DNA of 64,000 nucleotides. It comes from an uncultured Thermoanaerobaculia bacterium (lineage in GTDB: Bacteria > Acidobacteriota > Thermoanaerobaculia > Multivoradales > JAGPDF01). Under the pieces are notes generated by a model. That model worked only from the letters and a program-made list of their open reading frames with translations, searched no databases and had not been told where the DNA came from. Every line of letters begins with the position of its first letter. Within the stretch, counting starts at the first letter, position 1. Positions 8,798 to 19,300 of the stretch are shown here, one piece after another. The translations under genes and the position numbers were made by a program. The stretch lies in contig CAYZBH010000004.1 in assembly GCA_964476605.1 (NCBI GenBank), forward strand, positions 704-64,703. The letters run 5' to 3'.

Positions 8798-11700
8798 ATG
8801 CGCCACCGGTCCCGATTCGAGGAGCGCTTCCTCGCCGCGAATCGCCGCGGCATCCCTTTTCTCGCCCTTGCCTTCGTCGCCGCGGCATCCGCTTCCGAGG
8901 TGCTGGCGCTGGAGCCGCCGCGCCTGGTCGCGGATCTCTCGACCTATGTGTACGCCCGCGGCTCGAATCCCCACGAGATGCACCGCATCGGCGAGCGCAT
9001 CGTCTTCGCGGCCTCGGATCCGTTGTACGGGAACGAGCTCCGAGGCATCGGCGCGGACCTGCAGGGTCTCGAGCTCCTCGTCGACGCGACGCCGGGAACT
9101 CTCGATTCGAGTGTCAGGTTCGTGGGCGAGATCGGCGGGGCTCTTGCGTACCTGGTCGGTGAGGGCAGCTATCCTCGGCTCTTCGTGACCGACGGGACGA
9201 CCGCGGGCACGCGTCTCGTTCGCACCGGCGACGGAGCAGCCGTTCTCACCCAGGACGTGGGCTGGTACACGGATGTCGTGGTCTCGGGGGAGAGGCTCTA
9301 TTGGGCGGGGAAGTCCTCCACGAGCTTCGCGCGTGGGCTCTGGGTCGTCGCCGCCGACGGGGTCGCGACACTCCTCCATTCACTGGAGCTCCCGGCTCGT
9401 TATTTCGACGAGCATCGCATCGAGGGGTTGAGAGCCGTTGGCGCGAGGGTCTTCTTCCAGGACGTGGACTCCTTCGATCGCGGGCAGATCTGGGTGATGG
9501 ACGGGACGCCGGGGGGGACTCGCCGCGTCACGGATCAGGTCGAGGCCTACGACTGGTTTGCCGCGGCCACCGAGGATCTGTACTTCTTCGAGGGCTGGAA
9601 CGGGGACCGCTACGCAATCTGGTCGACCGACGGAACGGAGCAGGGCACGCGGCTCTTGCGCGAGTGGCAGGTAGAGGGCTTCAGCGGTGGCTTGTCTCCC
9701 TTCGTGGACGGGAGCCGGAGGATCTACTTCTTTGCCGGTTCCGACTCGGACCACCCAGTCTGGATGTCCGACGGTACCGTGTCGGGAACCGTGCCGGTCG
9801 AGCTCGACGTGGGGGATCCCTGGTACGGTGGGACGTATCACGTCTGGCTAGGGGAAGATCTCGTCTTCAGCTCGCCGAACGGGAGTCTGTGGGCGCACGA
9901 CGGACAGGCGACGGCGGCGAGGCCGCTCACGCTCGCGCTTCCCGACGGGAGGCCCTGGCACGGGCCGATGACGCTCCTCGGCGATCTCCTGCTCTTCTCC
10001 GTCGACGACGCGGGCGGAGAGGGCTACCAGATTTGGCGTACCGACGGTACTGCTACCGGGACTTTTCAGGTGAGCAACTTCGAGCCCGGCGAGGTCCGGA
10101 GTGGCTCGGGCCAGGGCCACGATGCCGGCGGCGTCGCGGTCTTCAACTTGGACGAGTATTGCAACAGCCTTCCTCCGCTTTGCAGTTGGATCCCTTTCGT
10201 CACCGACGGCACGCCTGGAGGTTCGAGGATCCTGGGGGGGGAGCTCGAAGTGGCCTTCGGCTACGACGGAAATGCGGCGGTCTGTCGCGAAGGACTTCTC
10301 GTTCAAGGCTACAGCCGAGCTTCCCTGACGGGAGTAGAGCCCTGGCTCGTCAGGCTCCCAGAAGGATCCGCCCGGCCAGTGGCGAACCTCGAACCGGAAA
10401 TCGGGAGCACGACTTTCGGCGCTCTCCATGCGCGCGGAGAGGGTCTGCTCTTCGAGGTGTGGGACTGGGATGGAGAGGCCTCGCTCCTGGCGATGGCCGA
10501 CGGACAATCCCAGCCTCATGCGCTCCCGGAATTCGGATTGACTTGGCCAGACCTGCTGGCGGTCGTGAGCGGCGGAGCCTTGGCGGCGGGGTACGACCTC
10601 GCGGGCTATGAGCGACTTCTCACGTTGGCCGACGATGACTCGGGCTGGCGACCCTTGCCGGCGACGCTCGACTACAGTTCGGAGAGCGTCGTCGTTACCG
10701 ACGGTTCGCAGGCCTACGTTCGCCAGAGCGTCGCGAGCCCGACGATCTGGCGATCCGATGGTACGGACGAAGGAACGTGGGCGCTTCTTGTCCCCGGACT
10801 TCCTGCCTACGTCCAACCCGTGGCTGCGACGCAGACGCACCTGCTGATGCGCGAGGGCTATCTGCCGACGATTTGGTACGGGGTGAGCACCCAAGACGGA
10901 GCTCTGGAGCAGCTTCTCGAGGAGTCGGGCCCAACGCGCTGGGGCTTGGGCGGAGAAGTCGCTGCGACGGACGACCTCTCATACTTCACGACGCCGGAGC
11001 TCGGCTCGGTCGAGGTCCTTCGTTACTCGGATGGGACGGCGGCCGGGACCGGTGTCTCTTGGACCTCGCGGCGCGACGAGCGGGTCCTCGACCTCTATCC
11101 GGTGGGGGAGGATCTCTACTTCCTCGCCGCCTCAGATCGCCTGGGTCTCTGGCGGACACGGGCTGGGGAGCCGGCGACCCTGGTCGCCGACCTCGGGTCG
11201 CTCGCCCGGTATGCCGACGATGAGGAGGCTTGCGAAGGTACGGTCGTCGAAGGCCGGCTCTGGTTCGTCGCGGAGACGGCCGCGACGGGACGCGAGCTCT
11301 GGTCGAGCGACGGAACCGCGGAGGGAACGGCGGTCGTGGACCTCGTCCCCGGACCTGTCGGCAGTGACCCGCGCTGGCTAGCATCGATCGGGAACCGGCT
11401 CTTCTTCAGTGCCGACGACACCTACTTCGGCCGGGAAGTCTGGAGCGTCGCCGAGGGATGGCCGGAGCCCATTCGTGTCTCGGACATCGCCGCGGGACCG
11501 GCGAGCGCGGCGCCTGAGAAGCTCACCGCGGCCGGGTCCACGCTCTACTTCGCGGCGGACGACGGCGTCCACGGGCGCGAGCTCTGGGCGATCGACAGTG
11601 GAGGAGATGCGATTCCCTGCCAGGCTGACGGCTCGCACCTCTGCCTGCTCGAAGGGCGGTACGAGGTCGAGGCGTTCTGGCGCGACTTCGAGGGGCGCAG

Positions 11701-12391
11701 CGGTGCCGCGTGGGCCATGCCACTCACCGACGCTTCGGGTTTCTTCTGGTTCTTCGACGAGGAGGGAATCGATCTGGCGGTGAAGATGGTGGACGCGTGC
11801 GGCTTCGACGGGTTCGACGACCATTGGTTCTATGCCACGGGCCTGACGAACGTCGAAGTGACGCTCGCGGTGCTCGACACCTTCACCCTCGAGCGCCACG
11901 TCCTGCACAATCCTCTGGGCACGGCGTTTCCTCCCACGGCGGAGACTTCTTGGTTCCGGAGTTGCGGACCGCTCGGAGAGCGCGCGTCGCGATCCTCGGC
12001 AGGCCGACTCACCTCTCTTGCCTCGCTGAGTCCTGGAACCTGCGAGCCCGGGATCGAAACGCTTTGCCTGCGCGACGGGCGGTTCGAGGTGACCCTCGGC
12101 GGGACGGTGCCGGGGCAGGGGAATCGAGCTGGAAGGGCGGTGCCACTCTCCGAGGGAAGCGGCTACTTCACTTTCTTCGGGCCGGAGAACGTCGAAGCCG
12201 TCGTGCGTGTCATCGACGGCTGCGGCGAGAATGGGCGCTATTGGCTCTTCGCCGGCGGCCTCACGGACCTGTCGACGCGGCTCACCGTGCGCGACACGCT
12301 GCATCCGGAGGCCGAGATCGTGCGGTCGACTCCGGGCGGCGAGCCCTTCGCTCCGCTCCTCGCGATCGACGCCTTCTCGACCTGTCCCTAG
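8798..12391 (+). CDS. Large secreted ELWxxDGT-repeat protein with two C-terminal Cys-bounded ~120-aa tandem domains
   Basis: ATG at 8798 preceded by GGAGG. Signal-like N-terminus. At least 9 recurrences of the (E/R)(L/I)W.xDGT.xGT motif (e.g. RELWSSDGTAEGTAVV, IWRTDGTATGT, VMDGTPGGTRRV). The C-terminus carries a duplicated module (C..LCL.(D/E)GR(Y/F)EV...SG(F/Y)F(W/T)FF..EN.E..V(K/R)..D.CG..G..W.FA.GLT.....L.V.DT). Confidence 0.7.
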   Translation: MRHRSRFEERFLAANRRGIPFLALAFVAAASASEVLALEPPRLVADLSTYVYARGSNPHEMHRIGERIVFAASDPLYGNELRGIGADLQGLELLVDATPGTLDSSVRFVGEIGGALAYLVGEGSYPRLFVTDGTTAGTRLVRTGDGAAVLTQDVGWYTDVVVSGERLYWAGKSSTSFARGLWVVAADGVATLLHSLELPARYFDEHRIEGLRAVGARVFFQDVDSFDRGQIWVMDGTPGGTRRVTDQVEAYDWFAAATEDLYFFEGWNGDRYAIWSTDGTEQGTRLLREWQVEGFSGGLSPFVDGSRRIYFFAGSDSDHPVWMSDGTVSGTVPVELDVGDPWYGGTYHVWLGEDLVFSSPNGSLWAHDGQATAARPLTLALPDGRPWHGPMTLLGDLLLFSVDDAGGEGYQIWRTDGTATGTFQVSNFEPGEVRSGSGQGHDAGGVAVFNLDEYCNSLPPLCSWIPFVTDGTPGGSRILGGELEVAFGYDGNAAVCREGLLVQGYSRASLTGVEPWLVRLPEGSARPVANLEPEIGSTTFGALHARGEGLLFEVWDWDGEASLLAMADGQSQPHALPEFGLTWPDLLAVVSGGALAAGYDLAGYERLLTLADDDSGWRPLPATLDYSSESVVVTDGSQAYVRQSVASPTIWRSDGTDEGTWALLVPGLPAYVQPVAATQTHLLMREGYLPTIWYGVSTQDGALEQLLEESGPTRWGLGGEVAATDDLSYFTTPELGSVEVLRYSDGTAAGTGVSWTSRRDERVLDLYPVGEDLYFLAASDRLGLWRTRAGEPATLVADLGSLARYADDEEACEGTVVEGRLWFVAETAATGRELWSSDGTAEGTAVVDLVPGPVGSDPRWLASIGNRLFFSADDTYFGREVWSVAEGWPEPIRVSDIAAGPASAAPEKLTAAGSTLYFAADDGVHGRELWAIDSGGDAIPCQADGSHLCLLEGRYEVEAFWRDFEGRSGAAWAMPLTDASGFFWFFDEEGIDLAVKMVDACGFDGFDDHWFYATGLTNVEVTLAVLDTFTLERHVLHNPLGTAFPPTAETSWFRSCGPLGERASRSSAGRLTSLASLSPGTCEPGIETLCLRDGRFEVTLGGTVPGQGNRAGRAVPLSEGSGYFTFFGPENVEAVVRVIDGCGENGRYWLFAGGLTDLSTRLTVRDTLHPEAEIVRSTPGGEPFAPLLAIDAFSTCP

Positions 12392-12481
12392 CAGCAACGC
12401 TCTGCCGAAGTCGGAAAGAGGCTGCCCCCTCCAGCGGCGGAGGCGTGGAGGGTAGCCGCTCGGATAGGCTTCCACCGTCGC

Positions 12482-13843
12482 ATGAGCGCCGACCCGAATC
12501 TCTTCGGACACCTCGCGGTCCACTACAAGCTGGTCACGGCCGACCAGCTCGCGGAAGCGACGCGGCGGCAGGCGAAGGACGAGAGCCCGCGGCCGCTCGG
12601 GGACTACCTGATCGACATGGGGCTGATGACCCAGGCTCACGTCGACAAGCTGCTCGCCGTGCAGCGCGAAGTCGTCGCCAGGCAGGCGGCGGCGCGCGCG
12701 GCCGGGCCTGCTGCCCCCGCGGCCGTCGCGGCCCCACTCACTGGCGCTCTGGCCGTCGCCGCGGAGCCGCCCGTGCCGCCGGTCGCGCCGCCGGCGCGCA
12801 GAGTCGATCGCCTGCTCGAGTACGCCTGGCGCCATGGCGCGAGCGACCTCCATCTGCGGAGCGACGAGCGCGTCCTGCTGCGCAAGGGGGGCGAGCTCGT
12901 GGTGACCGGCGACGCGCCCCTGGCGGGCGAGCAGGTGCGGCGGCTGCTCGACGAGCTGCTCGCGCCCGCCGACCGCGAGCGGCTCGAGCGTCAGGGTCAG
13001 GTCGACTTCTCCGCGACCCTCGCCGGTCTCGCGCGCTTTCGCGGCAACGCCTACCGGAGCCAGAGCGGCACGGCCGTCGTGCTGCGCGCGATCCCGGCCG
13101 AGGTGCCGAGCCTGGACGCGCTCGGACTCCCCTCGACCCTCGCCAAGCTCACCAACTTCCACCAGGGGCTCGTGCTCCTGACCGGCCCCGCCGGCTGCGG
13201 CAAGAGCTCGACCCTCGCGGCGCTGCTCCGGCTCGTCAACCAGGACCGCCGCGACCACATCATCACCATCGAGGACCCGATCGAGTACCTGCATCCGCCG
13301 GTGCGCTGCGTCGTCAACCAGCGCCAGGTCGGGCGCGACACCGCGAGCTTCGCGCGCGCCCTGCGCGCGGCGCTCCGCGAGGATCCGGACGTCATCGCGA
13401 TCGGCGAGCTCCGCGACCTCGAGACCATCTCGCTCGCGCTCACGGCCGCGGAGACCGGGCACCTCGTTCTCGCCACGCTCCACACCGGCAACGCGATCCG
13501 CACCGTCGACCGGATCGTCGGCGCCTTTCCCCCCACGCAGCAGCCGCAGGTGCGGGCGATGCTCTCGGAGTCGCTCCGCGCCGTGGTCTCGCAGCGGCTG
13601 GTCAACCGCGCCGACGGCAAGGGGCGGCTGCCGGCGCTCGAGATCCTGCTCGGAACGCGCGCGGTGGCCAATCTGATCCGCGACTCGAAGACCTTCCAGC
13701 TGCGCTCGCTGCTGCAGACCGGGGGCTCCCTCGGCATGGTCTTGCTCGACGCCTCGCTCGCGAAGCTCGTGCGCGAGGGGCTGGTGACGCGGGAGGAGGC
13801 GCTGCGCCACGCCGAGGACCCGAAGGCGATTCCGGCCGCCTAG
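12482..13843 (+). CDS. PilT/PilU-family type IV pilus retraction ATPase with N-terminal MshEN/T2SSE_N-like (putative c-di-GMP-binding) extension
   Basis: Walker A: LLTGPAGCGKSST. Asp box / Walker B: DPDVIAIGELRD. His box: LVLATLHT; all typical of PilT. The ~130-aa N-terminal extension contains RPLGDYLIDMGLMTQAHVDKLLAVQ. This fits the MshEN 24-residue c-di-GMP motif RLGxxLLxxGLLxxxxLxxxLxxQ with one inserted residue. Confidence 0.8.
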   Translation: MSADPNLFGHLAVHYKLVTADQLAEATRRQAKDESPRPLGDYLIDMGLMTQAHVDKLLAVQREVVARQAAARAAGPAAPAAVAAPLTGALAVAAEPPVPPVAPPARRVDRLLEYAWRHGASDLHLRSDERVLLRKGGELVVTGDAPLAGEQVRRLLDELLAPADRERLERQGQVDFSATLAGLARFRGNAYRSQSGTAVVLRAIPAEVPSLDALGLPSTLAKLTNFHQGLVLLTGPAGCGKSSTLAALLRLVNQDRRDHIITIEDPIEYLHPPVRCVVNQRQVGRDTASFARALRAALREDPDVIAIGELRDLETISLALTAAETGHLVLATLHTGNAIRTVDRIVGAFPPTQQPQVRAMLSESLRAVVSQRLVNRADGKGRLPALEILLGTRAVANLIRDSKTFQLRSLLQTGGSLGMVLLDASLAKLVREGLVTREEALRHAEDPKAIPAA

Positions 13844-13855
13844 GAGAGCGACGAG

Positions 13856-14932
13856 ATGGCCCGCCTGCACGAGCTGCTCCGCTACACCAAGGCCCATTCG
13901 GGCTCGGATCTCCATCTCGCGACCGGCATGGAGCCGCGCATCCGGCGCTTCGGGGCGCTCGAGCCGGTGCCGGGGTGGCAGCCACTCTTGGCCGCCGAGC
14001 TCGCCGAGCTCCTCCGCGAGCTGGTGACCGAGACGCAGTGGGAGGAGTACGCCGCGAGCGGCGATCTCGATCTGGCGCTCGGCTTGCCCGGTGTCGCCCG
14101 CTTCCGCGTCAACTACCTGCGCCAGGAGAACGGCCCCTCGGCGGTCTTTCGCGCGATCCCGGAGCAGATCCTGTCGGTCGAGGAGCTGGGGCTGCCGCCG
14201 TCGGTGGCGCGCCTCGCGGAGCTCCGGAGCGGTCTCGTCCTCGTCACCGGGCCGACCGGCTCGGGGAAGTCGACCACCCTCGCCGCCATCGTCGACCGCA
14301 TCAACCGCGCCACGGCACGCCACATCGTGACCATCGAGGAGCCGGTCGAGTTCCTGCACGCGCCGATCCGCTCGGTCTTCTCGCAGCGCGAAGTCGGCCG
14401 CCACACGGACTCCTTCGCTTCGGCGCTCCGCGCCGCGATCCGCGAGGACGCCGACGTGGTGATGGTCGGCGAGCTCCGGGACGTCGAGACGATCGGCCTG
14501 GCGCTGCGCGCCGCGGAGATGGGGATGCTGGTCTTCGGCACCCTGCACACCAACAGCGCCGCGAAGACGATCGACCGGCTGATCGACGTCTTCCCCGTGG
14601 AGGAGCAGGCGCAGGTGCGGCTCTCGCTCTCGGAGTCGCTCGCGGCGATCGTCGCGCAGCTCCTCCTGCCGCGCGCCGACGGCACGGGGCGCGTCGCGGC
14701 GATCGAGCTGATGCTGCGGACGTCTGGCCTCCCGGGCATCATCCGCGAGGGGAACCTGCCGATGTTGGAGACCCTCATCCAGAGCGGCAAGGCGCTCGGC
14801 ATGCAGCTCCTCGACGACGCCCTCATGGCGCTCGTCGAAGCCGGGACCGTCACCCCCCGCGAGGCCTACCTGAAGGCGCTCGACAAGGCCCGCTTCGCCC
14901 CGCTGATCGAGGACGAAGGCGCCGCCGACTGA
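13856..14932 (+). CDS. pilT: Twitching motility ATPase PilT
   Basis: Canonical PilT length (358 aa). LVTGPTGSGKSTT. IVTIEEPVEF. DADVVMVGELRD. LVFGTLHTNSAAKTIDRLIDVFP. 13 bp downstream of the preceding PilT-family gene. Confidence 0.85.
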   Translation: MARLHELLRYTKAHSGSDLHLATGMEPRIRRFGALEPVPGWQPLLAAELAELLRELVTETQWEEYAASGDLDLALGLPGVARFRVNYLRQENGPSAVFRAIPEQILSVEELGLPPSVARLAELRSGLVLVTGPTGSGKSTTLAAIVDRINRATARHIVTIEEPVEFLHAPIRSVFSQREVGRHTDSFASALRAAIREDADVVMVGELRDVETIGLALRAAEMGMLVFGTLHTNSAAKTIDRLIDVFPVEEQAQVRLSLSESLAAIVAQLLLPRADGTGRVAAIELMLRTSGLPGIIREGNLPMLETLIQSGKALGMQLLDDALMALVEAGTVTPREAYLKALDKARFAPLIEDEGAAD

Positions 14933-14956
14933 CCCGGCCGATCCGGCCGTTGTTCC
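14933..14956 (+). terminator. Possible intrinsic terminator hairpin after pilT
   Basis: CGGCCG-ATC-CGGCCG perfect 6-bp stem followed by TTGTT. Weak U-tract, so tentative. Confidence 0.3.
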
Positions 14957-15000
14957 AGGGAGCTTCAGTCTCGTGGGGGAAAAGCGGCTGGGGATCGGAG

Positions 15001-15037
15001 AATCGGCTGGCACCTCACTGGCCCCGGCTGGCACTCA
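15001..15037. repeat. REP-like element (AATCGGCTGGCACC plus degenerate second half-site CCGGCTGGCACT)
   Basis: Intergenic, between pilT and the convergent gene ending at 15068. Confidence 0.55.
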
Positions 15038-15067
15038 GGCAGCGCCTAGCCAGACGGGCCGGACCGA

Positions 15068-15592
15068 CTACTGGGCGGCGGTGTAGGTGAGGTCGACGAT
15101 CTCCAGCCACTCCGTCCCGCCGCCGACCTCCACTTTCATCGTGCGTGCTTTGGCGCCCGCGGGCGCGAACATGTACCGCGCGCGCGAGCCGTCCGGGAAG
15201 GCGTCCGTCAGCCAGAGCCAACGGTCGCCGTCGAGCTTGCCGACCGCGTGCAGGTTGTTCCCGGGCTTCTCGGTGCCGAACACGTGGTACTCGTTGGTCG
15301 CCGCGTCGTAGCTGAGGATGTAGACGCCCTCCCAGCCGCCTCCTGGGCCCTCCGTCTTCTCCTCACAGACGACGGCGTACCCGCCGGCCGCCCACGAACA
15401 GGTCTCGGCGCCGGTGATCGGCCGCATCGGCGTGTCGGCATCCGCGCGCATCGTCCCCGATGCGGTCCAGTGTCCGACGTAGAAGCCGAGCCGCTCGAGC
15501 TCGGCCGACCTCTGGGCCGGATCGGCAGCGGCGACGCCGGAAGCCAGGAAGACGAGGGCGATGCAGAAGCTGGAAGCAGTCATCCGGCGCAT
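15068..15592 (-). CDS. Hypothetical secreted protein (DUF1579-like / lipocalin-like), signal peptide
   Basis: ORF 15068..15745 trimmed to MRRMTASSFCIALVFLASGVAAA at 15592. Trp/Gly-rich beta-type composition. The family call is from memory only. Confidence 0.45.
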   Translation of the reverse strand: MRRMTASSFCIALVFLASGVAAADPAQRSAELERLGFYVGHWTASGTMRADADTPMRPITGAETCSWAAGGYAVVCEEKTEGPGGGWEGVYILSYDAATNEYHVFGTEKPGNNLHAVGKLDGDRWLWLTDAFPDGSRARYMFAPAGAKARTMKVEVGGGTEWLEIVDLTYTAAQ

Positions 15593-15799
15593 GGTCGTTC
15601 TCCTCCTGCCTGATCTCCATTCAACCGACGACGCTCCACGGCCCGCCCGGGCCCGCTGCCCGCGCCGGCGAACAGCGCGGCGCGGCCGCTCCGATCCGAC
15701 ATCGGTTTCCCCACTCCGCGGGAAGTGGCCGGAGGGTAGCGCCACGCACGGTGGCAGGTCAAGTGCGTCGCCGCCTGCGCGTGGACGGCTGTCCTTCCA

Positions 15800-15920
15800 G
15801 GTGCCAGCCGATTTTCAGGTTCTCAGCCTCGCAGGGACCGACATCCGAAAAGCGGCCGGCACCCAACCAGCAGGCCCCTCGGGCTAGGAGGTCCCGTCGT
15901 CTGAGAAACGGCTGGCACCT
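15800..15920. repeat. Two REP-like copies in inverted orientation (GGTGCCAGCCGATTTT at 15800-15815; AAACGGCTGGCACCT at 15906-15920)
   Basis: Inverted pair separated by ~90 bp in the spacer upstream of the giant adhesin gene. Confidence 0.55.
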
Positions 15921-16335
15921 AGCGACCCCCATGGAGGGGAGGGTGGATCGTGGGTCGCCTCTGGATGCGGGGCTCGATGGGCGCTCGAGCTGAGCCGCCG
16001 GGAGATGACAGCGGCTGGAGCGCGGGACTGAGCGATTGAAAACCGCCCCGCGGGGTGGTGACCCGTGGACAGTTTGCCGAAGAGAATCGCGTCTATTCAG
16101 GTGACAAGAGGCGGCGGTCAGTCACGCCGCGAGGTGTTCGGGCCGGGAGTTTTCCGCGGCTTCACCGGGACAGGGCGCGTCCTATAGGATATGTAATCAA
16201 ATTCGTAAGATTTGGCGCTCTCCTTCCGTCCCTGATCGAAAGCGCGCCTGGATCCGGTGGTCCACCGGTTTCGAGAGGACGGCGGAAGGGCTGGCTCGAG
16301 GAAATGCGGTTCTTGTCGGAGGAGAGGGGTCGGTC

Positions 16336-19300
16336 ATGAAGCAGAGTCACGCGTCCCTCGCTGGGGTAGTGGTCTCCTTGGGTCTGTGGGCCTTTGGGGG
16401 AATGGCCGCTGCGGAGGCCCCGCCGCTCCCGTCCTCTCGCTACGGGGCGGTCTCGCTGGCCGGAGCGCCGGCTCCCGACGGGACGGTGGTGTCGGCCCGC
16501 TTTGCGGGCTTGGAGGTCGCCGCCACCGTCGTTGACGCGTCGAGCGGAACCGCACGCTACCGCCTGGACGTGCCGGGGGACCGCGCCGAGACTCCGGAGA
16601 TCGAAGGTCCGGCGGAAGGGGAGCCCTTCGAGCTCCGGGTGGGGGGTGCGCTCGCCGCCACCGAGACCTGGCAGAGCGGTCTCTACACCGCCGCCGATCT
16701 CGCGACCGGCGGCGGCGCGGACCTCGCCGTCGCGATCGACGATGGAGTGACGTCGATCGCGGCCGGCGGATCGCTCGGCGCGGCGGTTTCGGTCGCGAAC
16801 CAGTCGTCGATGGCCGCCACTGGAGTCGATCTCGTGGTCGACCTTCCGACGGGAGCGGCATTGGTTTCGGCGAGTGACGGCGGTGCACTCGACGCGCAGG
16901 GACGCCTGCGGTGGCCCCAGTTCGCGATCTCCGGGGGCGATGGGGCGACGCGTTCGTTCGTCGCCCAGCTTCCGTCGGCCTACCCGGCCGGCATCGAGAT
17001 CGTCGAGACCCGGGTTGCCGTCCGCCATGACGGTGCCGAAGGCGGTGACCCCGACCCGTCGGACGACAGCGCGGGCGACGTCGACGCGCTCGAGGCTGCA
17101 CCCGATCTCGTGACGTCCGTGAGCGATGGCGCGTCGAGCGTCGCGCCTGGCAGCACGCTCTTCTACCGGACGACGGTCGCCAATTCCGGGACCCAGGGGG
17201 CGACCGGTGTCGAGTTGGAAGTGGCCCTTCCTTCAGGCGCCGAGCTCTTCTCGACGAGCCACGGGGGCCACGAGAGCGGCGGTGTCGTCCGTTGGCCGGC
17301 GGTCTCCTTGCCGGCGAGCGCCACCTTCGAACGAGTGATGACGCTACGCCTGCCGGAGGACCTGGATCCGGGTGTCGGGTCGCTCACCGTGCTCGCTCAC
17401 GCGGCCGATGACGGGACGAACGGCGACGACCTCGAGCCGGCCGACAACGACGCCATCGACGTGGACGGCGTCACGCACGCGCCCGATCTCGTGGCGAGGG
17501 AAGTATCCCGCTTCGGAACGACGACCGATCCCACGACGCTCGAGATCTCGGGAGAAGTTCTCGTGACGATGACGAATTCCGGGACCCTGGCCTCGGGGCC
17601 CTTCACCACCGTCGTGTTTCTCGATGTGAACGGCGACGGATCGTACGATCCGCTCGTCGATTCGGCTCTCGGTACCGCAGGCCACCTCTCACTGGTTCCG
17701 CAAGAAAGCAACTCCGTGCTCGTGCCGGTCGCGGGAACGGTGCCCTTCCTCGGCGATCGCCTCTTCGCCTTTCTCGACTCCGATCACGAGGTGAGCGAGC
17801 TGTCGGAGACGAACAACGTCGCGAACAGCTCGACGTCCTGCGGCGCGGTCCCGCCGCCCGAGAGCTTCGCGCCGCGGGTCGAGCTGAGTTGGCCACCTGC
17901 CGGGGGGCCCACCAACTTCCCGCGCGCGATCGATTCCCTCTCGACGCCCCTCGTCGTGCAGCTCACCGACGACAACGGCGATGGCCTCTGGAACGAGCTC
18001 GACATTCCAGACCTGGTCTTCGTCACGGCCGATCTGACCTATCTGCTCGAGCCGCAGGTCGCTCTGCGCGCCATCCGGGGAGGAAGCGGCACGCCGATCT
18101 TCGACGTCAACGGCTTCTTTCCGCACCCCACCAATCCCCAGCTCCTCTCCTTCTCGGGCCTCGCCGCCGGCGACATCGACAACGACGGCAAACCGGAGAT
18201 CCTCTCGACGACCTTCGGTCCGGCACCGTTCAACCAGATTCGGGCGTACGAGCACAACGGGGTACCGAAGTGGGTGAGCGCCGCCTATCGCACCCATCCG
18301 AGCCCCACCGGGCTCTCGAATCGCGACAACCCCACGATCGCCGATCTCGACGGTGACGGCTTCGCCGAAATCGTCGTCGGCGCCAACGTTTTCGACCGTT
18401 TCGGCCACCTCCTCTGGCGTGGCACCGGGGGGCAGGCCTTCCAGTCGTCCGGCAACTCGGGGGACCGGGGGGGAGCCATCTCGGTCGCCGCCGACGTCGA
18501 TCTCGACGGCCGGATGGAGGTCGTGACCGGCAACACGCTCTACCGGTGGAACGGCGAGATCGTCTGGCAGGTGCCCTGGCCCGACGGCTTCCCGGCGGTC
18601 GCCAACTTCGACGACGACCCACAGGCGGAGATCGTGGTGGTCTCGCAGGGGACGGTCCGTCTGCACGACACCGACGGGACCCTGATCTGGGGGCCCGTGA
18701 CGCTGCCCGGCTCGGATCCGGAGGCCGGGGGACCTCCGACCATCGGGGACTTCGATGGCGACGGGGCGCCGGAGATCGGGGTCGCGGGATCGGACGTCTA
18801 CGTCGCCCTCGACACCGACGGCTCGATCCTCTGGCAGGCGCAAACGCAGGACTACAGCTCCAACCTCACCGGCTCGACCACCTTCGACTTCGACGGCGAC
18901 GGTTGGCTCGAGATCATCTACCGGGACGAGCGGCGCCTGCGGATCTATCGGGGATACGACGGGGAGGTCCTGTTCGAGTCGGTGCTCTCGTCGAACACCC
19001 AAACCGAGGAGCCGGTCGTCGCCGACGTCGACCGCGACGGCAACGCCGAGATCGTGGTCACCTCGGATCGCGCACCCGACGTGCCGGTGGCTCCGGGGGA
19101 ACGCACCTACGGTCTGCGCGTCTTCGGGGATGCCGGTGACGGGTGGGTGGCGGCGCGGCCGATCTGGAATCAGCACGCCTACACTCCGGAGCTCGTGGAC
19201 ACGGACGCGGGGACGCCGGCTGTGCCCGCTTGGAGCTGGCTCGAGCACAACAGCTTCCGAGCCAACGTACCGCCGGGAGGAGACCCGACCGCGGCTCCGG

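Noticed and set aside
12392-12481. Inverted repeat CCCTCCAGCGGCGGAGGCGTGGAGGG after the ELWxxDGT gene as a terminator
   Set aside because: 7-bp stem with a 12-nt loop and no downstream T-run. The next gene starts 50 bp later. More likely incidental or an attenuator. Not listed as a feature.
11378-15090. Very long ORFs (1,218 aa on minus strand 11378..15034; 1,126 aa on plus strand 11710..15090) overlapping the ELWxxDGT and pilT genes
   Set aside because: Translations are Arg/Ala/Gly/Pro low-complexity typical of out-of-frame or antisense reading of high-GC DNA. The in-frame genes on the plus strand have clear conserved motifs (Walker boxes, ELWxxDGT). Treated as spurious.
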